IMG/VR virus record: IMGVR_UViG_3300002835_000026
DNA: 64,000 bases
Direction: 5' to 3' (one strand)
From: a virus
Below the pieces are notes generated by a model. It had not been told where the DNA came from, did no database searches, and saw nothing but the letters and a program-made list of their open reading frames with translations. Below are positions 36,729 through 46,016 of the stretch, piece after piece; positions within the stretch are counted from its first letter, which is position 1; every line of letters starts with the position of its first letter. A program made the translations under genes and the position numbers.

Positions 36729-37519
36729 TTTATAAACGATTTAAATTTGTTAATGTTACTTTGTATAACTTCTATTTCTTTTTTACTAAATTCTCTCTCC
36801 ATAAACTCTTCAATTTTATTTTTTGGTTTAGTTAATAAACCATATTCCTTATAAAACTGACCTAACGCACCTACAATAACTGGATTAGATGTGTCAACAG
36901 ACTTAATAAAAGCATATTTTGGATCATTATAATATAGGAATTCTTGGGGTAACGAGGCTCCTAATAAGTGAACATAATGACTATCTTTAATAATTTTTTC
37001 TTTATATAACCTAGAAATTATATAGATACGATTCATCATTTGATTAACTAATGGATTTAGATGATAACCATCATGTTGATAATATATAGATGAATGATTA
37101 AATGCAAAATGAGTATAACCTAAAGCAATACACTGATTATATAGATTCATAAAATCACCTAATGTATGTCCTTGCATCACTACCATTAATTCCGTTTCTT
37201 TAGGTAGTTGTTCTTTAATAACATTCATCCAATACTTAGCATTTCTATGAGTGAGTGCTGTATCATTCCATTCATCAGGAACAATAAAAATATCTGGTTT
37301 GATTAGATTAATTTTTTCAATTAAATCTTTTTCAGTGTGAGTCACACCTTCAAATAAACCATTATCACAAATTATAAAACGACCATGTCGTCTAGCTCTT
37401 ATAAAATATTCTTTATATGCTGTATGTTTATCAATTAAATGAGGAAGACAATAATCATAGTCGTTCCATAAATAAGATTTGTTTAATAAATTGAGAGGGA
37501 GTTCATGTGATACTTGCAT
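36725..37519 (-). CDS. TGT-fold, DpdA-like deazaguanine transglycosylase
   Basis: TIM-barrel TGT-type motifs ICDNG, VPD, VMQG, VHLLG, SVDTS; heads the que operon. Confidence 0.68.
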   Translation of the reverse strand: MQVSHELPLNLLNKSYLWNDYDYCLPHLIDKHTAYKEYFIRARRHGRFIICDNGLFEGVTHTEKDLIEKINLIKPDIFIVPDEWNDTALTHRNAKYWMNVIKEQLPKETELMVVMQGHTLGDFMNLYNQCIALGYTHFAFNHSSIYYQHDGYHLNPLVNQMMNRIYIISRLYKEKIIKDSHYVHLLGASLPQEFLYYNDPKYAFIKSVDTSNPVIVGALGQFYKEYGLLTKPKNKIEEFMEREFSKKEIEVIQSNINKFKSFIK

Positions 37520-37533
37520 AACTTTATTTTATA

Positions 37534-37565
37534 TAAATATAAAAGATTTTTTTAATTTGCCAAAC
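37534..37565 (-). promoter_or_regulatory. early/host-type promoter for the dpdA-like/que operon
   Basis: GTTTGGC-N-TATATTTA, 19 nt spacer. Confidence 0.7.
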
Positions 37566-38061
37566 TTAATTTTCTTTGTTCTAACCATTTTGGATAATGT
37601 GAAGCTATCTCAGTTAAAGTACCTTCTATTTCCTCAACATAATCATTTGCTAAATCTTTAGTACCACCTAAATGATACCTTAATGCTTCTTTAAAATCTT
37701 TAATACGATTAAACTCATCTTTCATCATATCTTCTCTTAAATGTTTTAAACGTTTAGCATATGATACTATGATTTCATCTTCTTTTTCTCGTCTGATGTT
37801 AAATCGTAGATTTTGCTCTCTAATAGCTAAAATTTCTTCAGCCATCCAATAATGCTCATAATCTATATACTTAGCATAAGGAGTATAATCAAAATCTCCG
37901 TTATCTATTTTGTTTTGTAGTGGTTGGTATTTGTGGAGATCTTTATGGATTGGAAATCGTCTCCACCAATAAAATTTATTAGCTCCATTCCATTTAGGTT
38001 TTTGAGGTGCTTTAATCTTATGATTAAATCCTAATTCTTTTAATATATCTTTTACTGTCAT
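37552..38061 (-). CDS. hypothetical protein
   Basis: 169 aa; FYWWRRF and IDNGDFD motifs. Confidence 0.75.
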   Translation of the reverse strand: MTVKDILKELGFNHKIKAPQKPKWNGANKFYWWRRFPIHKDLHKYQPLQNKIDNGDFDYTPYAKYIDYEHYWMAEEILAIREQNLRFNIRREKEDEIIVSYAKRLKHLREDMMKDEFNRIKDFKEALRYHLGGTKDLANDYVEEIEGTLTEIASHYPKWLEQRKLSLAN

Positions 38062-38065
38062 TGTT

Positions 38066-38098
38066 TAAATGTAATAAGGAATGGCCCGAAGGCCAAAC
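38066..38098 (-). promoter_or_regulatory. early/host-type promoter with a hairpin in the spacer
   Basis: GTTTGGCC-N-TACATTTA, 20 nt spacer; TGGCC-TTCG-GGCCA stem. Confidence 0.7.
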
Positions 38099-38103
38099 CT
38101 AAT

Positions 38104-39135
38104 TTAAGATAACTCTATGGCTGAGATTCTATGTTTTGACGATTTATCATTAAGTAAATGCTTATTGATATAATCAACTATTAATGCTTTAATAAATGAT
38201 TCAAATTTAGGTGAGTAATATTTATCCATTAATAAACCCATCACATGACTCATTGGCTCTCTTCCTAACTTATACTCGTATTTATATAATTTTAAGAACT
38301 TATTAATATTATTTGTTTTAACAAGTGGAGTTATACCATAATGATTGTTATACAATAATAATGTTACTAACACTCTATTTTCTTCAGGTATTTTTGCGTT
38401 TGCTAAAATTTCTAAAGCTAATAATGTATTTTCTGTATCTGAAGATGCAAACATAGATTTTAACGTTTCATATGTTTCCTCATTTAATTCAATACTATCT
38501 TCATTAAATTGATGTTGTAATGAACTTGCTAAAACAATTTTTTTAGTTGTTGTTAATGAATTAGCAATTTGTTTTAGTTTTGATATAACTAAATTCATTC
38601 CTCTCTCTTCTTCAACAATTATATTAATTGACCTATCTCTATTATACACATATGAATTTACAATTTGATAATAAGATTTTACAATTGGATTTGCAATTGA
38701 TAATTTAGGATTACCATATCTCTTAACATGTTCTGTTGTTCCAAGGCAAACTTCAACATTATTTGTTTTTACAAATGGATCATTACTATGTAATTTAGTT
38801 TTTATATTACAAGGTAAAAATGAATATTCTACTAAGTTCGACTCTTTTATTTTATCATAAAACCAAATATCATCTATTACTAATGTATCAGCTTTAGATT
38901 CATCTGTTACTCGTTTAAATTTAACTCGTTCATTTAAATCTTTTAACTTATCTCTAGTAATATTATCTTTACCAAAACAAACTATATCACCATCTTCAAT
39001 TTTATTGTTTTTAAAATTAAATAAACTAGCTTTAAAACTATTAACATCTGACTCATTTAAGTAACCATATATTGTACTTGAATCTACAATAATGTTTCTG
39101 TTGTCTATCCAACCGCTTTTATAAAAATATATCAT
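38104..39135 (-). CDS. MoxR-associated hypothetical protein
   Basis: 343 aa, directly downstream of the AAA+ ATPase. Confidence 0.75.
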   Translation of the reverse strand: MIYFYKSGWIDNRNIIVDSSTIYGYLNESDVNSFKASLFNFKNNKIEDGDIVCFGKDNITRDKLKDLNERVKFKRVTDESKADTLVIDDIWFYDKIKESNLVEYSFLPCNIKTKLHSNDPFVKTNNVEVCLGTTEHVKRYGNPKLSIANPIVKSYYQIVNSYVYNRDRSINIIVEEERGMNLVISKLKQIANSLTTTKKIVLASSLQHQFNEDSIELNEETYETLKSMFASSDTENTLLALEILANAKIPEENRVLVTLLLYNNHYGITPLVKTNNINKFLKLYKYEYKLGREPMSHVMGLLMDKYYSPKFESFIKALIVDYINKHLLNDKSSKHRISAIELS

Positions 39136-39139
39136 GTTC

Positions 39140-40354
39140 TTACTTCATTAAATATGAAACCAACTCTTTCTTTAACATTAAGCTTTTAAACTTATTAGCA
39201 TCACCATTATAGATTGACTTTACAATATGGTACTTTAAATCAACAGCAAATATATCTCCTATGATAATCTCTTTAATTCGATTAATTAAGCTATCATCTA
39301 TTTTATTATCACTTGAATAAAATAAACTATAATTGATTAATCTGGTTGCTAATGTTGATGCAATATCTGCTCTATAATTTTTGTCAGTTCCAATACATCC
39401 TTTTAATTCACCTAAAATATATTTTTCATTGTCATGAAATAACACATCATGTATTTTTACTAATTTATCTAATTTGTTATTGATAAACATTGTGAACATA
39501 CTTGCAAATTCAACACCAACACTACCTTCTCCAATCATTTGAATTAATGGTAATGATTTATCAAACGATTCTAATGATGATATTGAATTAAAAAACATTG
39601 ATGTACTTCTTGGATTGACATTTTTGGTAATTAGTTCAGGATGTAATAACATAAAATTGATACATCTGTTATCTAATTGATTTTGTTCAGCCCATTCCGC
39701 CCAACATGAAACATCATACTTTAAATTAACTGAGATGAATCGTGTTTTTTGAGCAGAGTCAATTGAATTAACAATATAATCATCTGTATCAGGATTACTT
39801 GTTAATATGATGTGCCAGTCTTTAGGTAGTTTCCAGCTAATATATTCTTGTCTATCAATTAACTCCATTACAGCTTGTATGAATCTCATATCAGCTCTAT
39901 TCCAGTCATCTAATAATAGAATACCACCTTTTGTTTTACCACTAATCCATTCAGGTGGACAATAACTCATTCGATTTTTACCTGTAAATTTATACCCTAA
40001 TTTAGTGTACTCATCTACTGCATGTTCATCAATCCAAACACATTTCTCTTCCTCGTTTTGACATACTTCAAATTGTCTGATTGGAAAACCTACTATGTCT
40101 CCTAACTCTTCAATTTGAGCTAAATTTAACTTAACAAAATCCACATTCAACTCTTTTGCTAATTGAATAATTGATGATGTTTTTCCAATACCACTTTCTC
40201 CTACTACTTCGACACTTACTACTGGTTTGCCTTGTTCCTGAAGAAATCGATTGTTACTAACAATGTGATTTAGGAATGATTTTAAATCTTTTGGATTTAG
40301 GGACACTTGATTTGATGATGAAGTCTCCGTACTTTTTTTAGAACCTTTTGCCAT
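39140..40354 (-). CDS. MoxR-like AAA+ ATPase
   Basis: GESGIGKT, LLLDDWNRAD, LTSNP, DSAQKTRF, NPRS. Confidence 0.9.
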   Translation of the reverse strand: MAKGSKKSTETSSSNQVSLNPKDLKSFLNHIVSNNRFLQEQGKPVVSVEVVGESGIGKTSSIIQLAKELNVDFVKLNLAQIEELGDIVGFPIRQFEVCQNEEEKCVWIDEHAVDEYTKLGYKFTGKNRMSYCPPEWISGKTKGGILLLDDWNRADMRFIQAVMELIDRQEYISWKLPKDWHIILTSNPDTDDYIVNSIDSAQKTRFISVNLKYDVSCWAEWAEQNQLDNRCINFMLLHPELITKNVNPRSTSMFFNSISSLESFDKSLPLIQMIGEGSVGVEFASMFTMFINNKLDKLVKIHDVLFHDNEKYILGELKGCIGTDKNYRADIASTLATRLINYSLFYSSDNKIDDSLINRIKEIIIGDIFAVDLKYHIVKSIYNGDANKFKSLMLKKELVSYLMK

Positions 40355-40381
40355 AATTTTTATCTTTTATTTCTTTATACC

Positions 40382-40414
40382 TAAATATAACAAAGATTTA
40401 TTGGGAAGCCAAAC
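40382..40414 (-). promoter_or_regulatory. early/host-type promoter
   Basis: GTTTGGCT-N-TATATTTA, 20 nt spacer. Confidence 0.75.
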
Positions 40415-40631
40415 TCTCTGGTTCATATATTTCAATGTTCTTTTTATATAACTCAATAAATTTACCCCAACTATGCACATCAATTACTAATTGATATAAC
40501 TCTGTTTTAGTTGCTTTAATATCAGCTTGTTCATCACTTAAGTTAAATAGAATGGCCATAGCTACTACTAAATTGTCATGGTCGTCTGACTTAATCATGC
40601 TAGTCAGTTGTTTAATTTGTTCTGGTTCCAT
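40398..40631 (-). CDS. hypothetical protein sharing a helical motif with 38104..39135
   Basis: LTSMIKSDDHDNLVVAMAILFN. Confidence 0.7.
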   Translation of the reverse strand: MEPEQIKQLTSMIKSDDHDNLVVAMAILFNLSDEQADIKATKTELYQLVIDVHSWGKFIELYKKNIEIYEPESLASQ

Positions 40632-40632
40632 A

Positions 40633-41805
40633 TTAATTCATGTGTACTACTTTGCCTGGAAATTTTGTTGTTTTAGTTTCACCATCTTTTGTCATTACCC
40701 ATAACATTGGACGTTTAGGAGGTGTAGGAGCAGGTGCATAACCATCTGTAAAAAATACTAATGTGTTATATGTTTGAATATGCTGATTAAAATAATCAAT
40801 TGCTGGTTGAAAATCTGTTCCTCCTCTACCTGTAATAGCAATCTCTTTATCTCCTTTATATTTAAATATATTAGTAATTTTAGCATCACATTCCATTACT
40901 GTCACTTCATGACCTGTTTTATGAATATGTAATAATTGACCTAAAAACTCAACTAAATTATCACTACTAACTGAACCTGAAGTATCAATTGCTACTAATA
41001 TATTTTTCTTATGTTTAATTTTTAAAGCTGGATTACCTGGAAAACGTTTATTGTATTTGTTTCTAGATTTTTTAGTAACTACTTTATCAGATGATGATAT
41101 AAAACGTTTAAAATATGATTTCCAATCAGTAACTGGTACTGGCAATTCAAATAAACTATCAATCCATTCTACTAATGAACCAGGTAATGTACCTCTAAAA
41201 TTAGAACCTTTTTTATCTAAATGTTCAGCAATCTCTTTTACTTGATGTTCTAATTGTTTACCAATTAATTTTTTAGTTGCCTCATCCATATTTGGATCAC
41301 CCCACATATCATGACCATCAGCAAATTCACAACTATCATCTCCTAATCCATCAAGCCATTCTTGAACTTGAGGACAAGTTGATGCTTTATCCTTAATCAT
41401 ATCATAATAAACTCTTGTACCTGCTTTTTCAGGTAAAACTAAATTAGGAACTGAAGTTAAACTTAACCACTCCTTTGATTTGTTTTGTTCGTCTATAAAT
41501 TGATTGATTTCTATATCCGCGGCTATGTTTCTTAGTTTAGCATCCGGATACATTGTTGTGTCTAATAGAAAGTGATGAAACATGATATGTAACAATTCAT
41601 GTTTTAATAATCCTATTCGTTGAAGTTCAGGTAATGAATTCCAATATTCAGGATTAATCTCTAAAGATTGGTTAATACCTTGTAATGATACACAAGCAGT
41701 TGGAATGTTTGTGTTTTCTCGTTTGTTTAATGTTAATAGGAACAAACCATAAAACGGTTCATCTAACATTAATTTCTTGGCTATTTTACTTAAATCTATA
41801 TTCAT
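40633..41805 (-). CDS. metallopeptidase-vWA protein (DUF2201-like)
   Basis: HELLH, NIAADIEIN, AIDTSGS, RGGTDF, FTDGY. Confidence 0.9.
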   Translation of the reverse strand: MNIDLSKIAKKLMLDEPFYGLFLLTLNKRENTNIPTACVSLQGINQSLEINPEYWNSLPELQRIGLLKHELLHIMFHHFLLDTTMYPDAKLRNIAADIEINQFIDEQNKSKEWLSLTSVPNLVLPEKAGTRVYYDMIKDKASTCPQVQEWLDGLGDDSCEFADGHDMWGDPNMDEATKKLIGKQLEHQVKEIAEHLDKKGSNFRGTLPGSLVEWIDSLFELPVPVTDWKSYFKRFISSSDKVVTKKSRNKYNKRFPGNPALKIKHKKNILVAIDTSGSVSSDNLVEFLGQLLHIHKTGHEVTVMECDAKITNIFKYKGDKEIAITGRGGTDFQPAIDYFNQHIQTYNTLVFFTDGYAPAPTPPKRPMLWVMTKDGETKTTKFPGKVVHMN

Positions 41806-41809
41806 ATCC

Positions 41810-41842
41810 TAAACATAATAAAGATATTTAGGGAAGCCAAGC
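41810..41842 (-). promoter_or_regulatory. early/host-type promoter
   Basis: GCTTGGCT-N-TATGTTTA, 20 nt spacer; 4 nt to ATG. Confidence 0.7.
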
Positions 41843-42046
41843 CTATTGTAAAGTTTGAGTACCTTTTATATGTTGTGGATGGTAAGGACAATGTCGACAA
41901 CCATTTCCACAACAATAACCACGATTAATAAGAAAATGGGTCGTGAGAACACGATACCCATTTTCTATATAGTAATCTTGAGTGTTATTGGATTTCGCAA
42001 TTTCCTCCGGCACAGGCGAGTTCGTCTTGTCTTGCTGTGTTGTCAT
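41843..42046 (-). CDS. small Cys-rich protein (DUF5522-like)
   Basis: DYYIENG..VLT..F...RGYCCGNGCRHCPY. Confidence 0.8.
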   Translation of the reverse strand: MTTQQDKTNSPVPEEIAKSNNTQDYYIENGYRVLTTHFLINRGYCCGNGCRHCPYHPQHIKGTQTLQ

Positions 42047-43838
42047 TCATTTCTATTACTTTAGATAAGTCAATATTATGTAAACTTTTTACCATTTCAT
42101 TAAATTTGTCCTCATCTATGGTTTCAAATGGTGCTTGAACGTAAGTGTGATCTGAATGTGGTAGAACTGATAACGCAGTGAAATATTCTTTGTTTTCAAA
42201 TAACCATTCTCCAATTGATTCCCACTCATCAGGTTTAAGAGTTACTGTAGCAGAAACATTATGCATGTTAGCTCCTCTTCTATGTCCTGGTTTGATCCAA
42301 TTTTTATTAATTGTTTTAATACGTTCTAATAAATCAATAGCTGATTCTGAACGTGTAATTGCTCCTTGTGGTGCTTTTTGTGGAACTGAAATTACAGCTT
42401 GAATAGTTGGTTTAAAGAAATCATCTTCTAATAATTCTGGATGATAGATACTTAAGTAAGTATATAATGCTTCGTTTTTACCTACTCTAATTCTTCTAGC
42501 ATAAAACTCATCGTGCCAAGCATGAATTCCAGATGAAGTACCTAATACTAAACTTGTAGTACCTGATGGCTTAACTGTTGTAACACGAGCTGCTCTATTA
42601 ATACCAATAATTTTAGCTACACGTTCGTTTTCTTCAACTGCTACTTTAGCTGCTTCTTTCATGTTTAATTTTAAAACAGCTCCTGAAGCAATACCTGTCA
42701 TTCCAATACCTAATAATGCTTCTTTTTCAGTTGTTTTTTTCCAAACATCTCTTAAGTAATGAAAATCAGTATATGATGCTTGTAATGTTCCAATGAACGA
42801 TGCTGCTTTTGCTCTGTTGTTATATTCTTCTTGTGTTTCAATATCCGAAGCATTGATTTCACATAAGTTACAGAATTGATTTGGTTTTAAATTAATTTCA
42901 GCACATGGATTTGTACCTGCATCTTTATCGTTTGAGAATAAGAAGCCAGGTTCACCACTATTACTTAATTCAATTTTTTTCCATAATGCTAAAAATGTAT
43001 CTTTTTCAATTTTAGAACGTAACAACATCGCTGAGTTATTTGCTCTTCCACGTTGTGGATTTTCTTCCCACCAATTTCCAAATTTACAAGTTAACATTTC
43101 TTCATCATCTAAATTAAATAATGAAATTAATGCTGCTCTTCTAATACCACCTGATAATACCGCATCAGCTAAATGACAAATAATATCATGACATTCTAAT
43201 GATGATAATTTTTGACCATCTTGTTTTCTGTCTAAAATAGCTTGTACATGTGTTAAAGCAATTTTTAATGGTTCTGGACCTGGTGCTTTACCTCCTACAG
43301 TAATTAATTCAGCTCCTTTAGGACGAATATCTCTAAAGTCAAAAGCAGGTGCTGCACCTCCTCTTAAGTAAGCTTTCATTAATACTTTAACTGCATCAGC
43401 CCATCCTTCAATTGAATCACCAACTAAATATCTTTTAGATTTTAATGGTTTTCTAATTTCAGGTAATTTTTCAATGTGATGTTGTTGTACTGAATAACCT
43501 ACTCCACATCCTGAAAGTAATAAAAACATAATTTCAGAAAATGCAGCCATGTCATCAATTGGTAAATAAGAACAATTGAATATTCTTGAATTGTTTATTT
43601 GGATTGGTTTACCACCAAATTGTAAACTACGCATTGAAGGTAATACCTTCTTATCATACACAAATTTATACGCCCAATCAATCTCTTCTTTTAATGCCGG
43701 ATACTTTTCAGTATGCATTTCCTTGTTTCGGGTAACTAATTCGTCCCAAGTTTCTCTTCTTTTTGCTTCGGGTAAGTACTTCGCGTACTTAAGGTGGGTA
43801 GTAATCTCACTCAGAATTTGTGATTCTAATGTCAACAT
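41985..43838 (-). CDS. nrdJ: class II (B12-dependent) ribonucleotide reductase
   Basis: RRETW, LPSMR, FNCS, GCGVG, RRAAL, TNPCAEI, VKPSGTTS, C-terminal CAGGNC. Confidence 0.93.
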   Translation of the reverse strand: MLTLESQILSEITTHLKYAKYLPEAKRRETWDELVTRNKEMHTEKYPALKEEIDWAYKFVYDKKVLPSMRSLQFGGKPIQINNSRIFNCSYLPIDDMAAFSEIMFLLLSGCGVGYSVQQHHIEKLPEIRKPLKSKRYLVGDSIEGWADAVKVLMKAYLRGGAAPAFDFRDIRPKGAELITVGGKAPGPEPLKIALTHVQAILDRKQDGQKLSSLECHDIICHLADAVLSGGIRRAALISLFNLDDEEMLTCKFGNWWEENPQRGRANNSAMLLRSKIEKDTFLALWKKIELSNSGEPGFLFSNDKDAGTNPCAEINLKPNQFCNLCEINASDIETQEEYNNRAKAASFIGTLQASYTDFHYLRDVWKKTTEKEALLGIGMTGIASGAVLKLNMKEAAKVAVEENERVAKIIGINRAARVTTVKPSGTTSLVLGTSSGIHAWHDEFYARRIRVGKNEALYTYLSIYHPELLEDDFFKPTIQAVISVPQKAPQGAITRSESAIDLLERIKTINKNWIKPGHRRGANMHNVSATVTLKPDEWESIGEWLFENKEYFTALSVLPHSDHTYVQAPFETIDEDKFNEMVKSLHNIDLSKVIEMNDNTARQDELACAGGNCEIQ

Positions 43839-43861
43839 GTTTAAATAAAATTTTAAATTAA

Positions 43862-44125
43862 CTAATTAAATAATTTGTTGTCTAATTCCGTCATTTGAAG
43901 ATATAAAATGAAATCATTAAATACTTCTTTTTTTGATTCTGTTAGACTAGAAGCATGTGATTTTAATGCTTCAAGAGTAATAACTGGTTTGTTTGATTCT
44001 AAAATCAACTGTTTATACGAGTTTAAGGTCTCGTTAATTAGATCGGGATTTTCATCTCCGAAGGAATAACTATCTTCGATATACTCAGTAATTAGTTTGT
44101 TGATGTGAGTTTGTTCTAATTTCAT
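43862..44125 (-). CDS. hypothetical protein
   Basis: 87 aa; several L/I-x-E motifs. Confidence 0.7.
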   Translation of the reverse strand: MKLEQTHINKLITEYIEDSYSFGDENPDLINETLNSYKQLILESNKPVITLEALKSHASSLTESKKEVFNDFILYLQMTELDNKLFN

Positions 44126-44601
44126 AGTAAATTAATTTTTTTAACTTCATTAATAATATACCTTGCAAAACTAATTAATTTTTCTTCTAATTTTTGTAAT
44201 AACGCTTTCTTTTGTTGACCAATTCTTAATCCTTCAAATGGTACTTCTGTGTGCTTCATTTCAGGTACTAAATATTGTCGATAAGCATTTCCTGCTAAAA
44301 ATATAAATTTGTCTTTATCTAAACTATAACCTTTTGCTTGAATTTGTTTTAATACTTCATCTGACCATTCTTTACGTTTATCAGATGATAACTCTTTTAA
44401 AGTCACATTATATGGTGGTATAACTTTATCATGTGGTACTAAATGAAATTTTGCAGATAAAATGTAGATATCTTTCTCTTCCGCTAATTTTTTAGCATAT
44501 GCCCAATTCTTTTGAAATAAATCTGATGAGTATAATTCAAAAGCTGGAGCTGGCTTAGGTAATTTTGTTGCGGAACAAGCTATTAATACTACTGTAGACA
44601 T
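44122..44601 (-). CDS. DUF6884/YaaA-like protein
   Basis: LIACSATK, PAFELY.S.LF, YILSAK, PYNVTL, LAG..Y, GLRIGQQ. Confidence 0.72.
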   Translation of the reverse strand: MSTVVLIACSATKLPKPAPAFELYSSDLFQKNWAYAKKLAEEKDIYILSAKFHLVPHDKVIPPYNVTLKELSSDKRKEWSDEVLKQIQAKGYSLDKDKFIFLAGNAYRQYLVPEMKHTEVPFEGLRIGQQKKALLQKLEEKLISFARYIINEVKKINLL

Positions 44602-44617
44602 ATTTTGTGGTTATGGT

Positions 44618-44626
44618 GATAAATAT
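44618..44626 (-). promoter_or_regulatory. putative late promoter ATATTTATC
   Basis: Intergenic, upstream of ATG 44601. Confidence 0.4.
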
Positions 44627-44632
44627 TAAATT

Positions 44633-46009
44633 TTATTTTCCTAATTCAAAAAATTTCTGACTTAGTAACTGCTTATCCATAAAATCAAAATTAGTATTTG
44701 GTGATAAACCTGCTGGTTTAAAGCCTTGTTCTGGTTCTGAATCCTCATAATGCATTTCAGCTGTATTAATGTCTATATGACCTGTAGATGTATCAATTTT
44801 AGCGTTAAATGTCATACCATCCATACCATATCTGTTTTTCATAATATGAACTCTACCAGTACCGTTTGTTTTGTCTAAACGTTTTCTTGATAATGACATT
44901 GCAAAATCTGAAATCATCATTTTATCATATGAACCTGCGGCTTTATCACCTTCAATTACATCATCTTTAGCACCTGCGCGATTTACTTGAGACACTGACC
45001 AAACGGGTAAATTTAATTCTCTTGCTAATCCTTTAGTACTTACATATAAATCATCAACTTCATCCTTACGTTCACCTTTTAAACGTTTAGAGCGTAATAA
45101 GTCAATATAGTCAATAATAACTAAGTCTGGTTTAAAATCTAACTCAATACATTTTTTAATATGTGACTCAACCATTGAAATTGTTGCTTTACCCATTGCA
45201 AACTCTTTAATAATCAAATTACCAGGTAATTTTGGTACCATGTCTTCGATTTCTTTTCTATGTTTTGCAATATTTTGTACTGGTTTGTTAGTGAAAAATG
45301 CATCATAACGTCTTCCTACATAATCTTCGCCTAATTCTAGTGTATAATGTATAACATTATATCCTAATTTAACAGCATGACCACCTAATGCAACTAATGA
45401 CCATGATTTACCTCCACCTGGATTACCAAATATAATACCTAAATCACCTCCTCCTAAACCACCTTGTAACAATACATTTAAGTGTTCCCAAGGTGTCGGA
45501 ACAAATGAGCGATTATCTTCTCTATATCGAGATTCAGTATCCTTATTGTATTCGTGGCCTAAATTTTTGTCTTGCCCCGCTTTAAGCGCGTTATTAACCA
45601 ATAACCTAATAGAGTCATAATCTCCGGCGTTAAGTAAATCAACGCTGTTTAACAGAGCTCTCTTCAGCTGTTGGTTTCTACAAAAATTAGCAAATTCATT
45701 TTCTACATATTCTAAATCATCGTCTGATGATGTATATGCTTCTTTTAATTGTTCTTTAATAGATACTTGTAATACTTCGTTAGTTAATTTTTTTAACTCA
45801 ACTTTAAGTACTTCCATACTTGGTGTTGTATGGTATTTGTAATAGTAATCTAGAATTTGTTTAATGATCCACTTGTGACCTTGGTTTGAAAAATATTCGT
45901 CAGTCAATAAATCATGGATATTTACTAAAAATTCTTTACGAGTTAATAAAGCTGATATAACTTTAATTTGAAATCCCGTCCCATACTGATCTATCGTTTG
46001 TAATGTCAT
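44633..46009 (-). CDS. DnaB-like replicative helicase (gp41-like)
   Basis: GNPGGGKS, YTLEL, IIDYIDL, SVSQVNR, MKNRYG. Confidence 0.94.
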   Translation of the reverse strand: MTLQTIDQYGTGFQIKVISALLTRKEFLVNIHDLLTDEYFSNQGHKWIIKQILDYYYKYHTTPSMEVLKVELKKLTNEVLQVSIKEQLKEAYTSSDDDLEYVENEFANFCRNQQLKRALLNSVDLLNAGDYDSIRLLVNNALKAGQDKNLGHEYNKDTESRYREDNRSFVPTPWEHLNVLLQGGLGGGDLGIIFGNPGGGKSWSLVALGGHAVKLGYNVIHYTLELGEDYVGRRYDAFFTNKPVQNIAKHRKEIEDMVPKLPGNLIIKEFAMGKATISMVESHIKKCIELDFKPDLVIIDYIDLLRSKRLKGERKDEVDDLYVSTKGLARELNLPVWSVSQVNRAGAKDDVIEGDKAAGSYDKMMISDFAMSLSRKRLDKTNGTGRVHIMKNRYGMDGMTFNAKIDTSTGHIDINTAEMHYEDSEPEQGFKPAGLSPNTNFDFMDKQLLSQKFFELGK

Positions 46010-46016
46010 AACTTAT

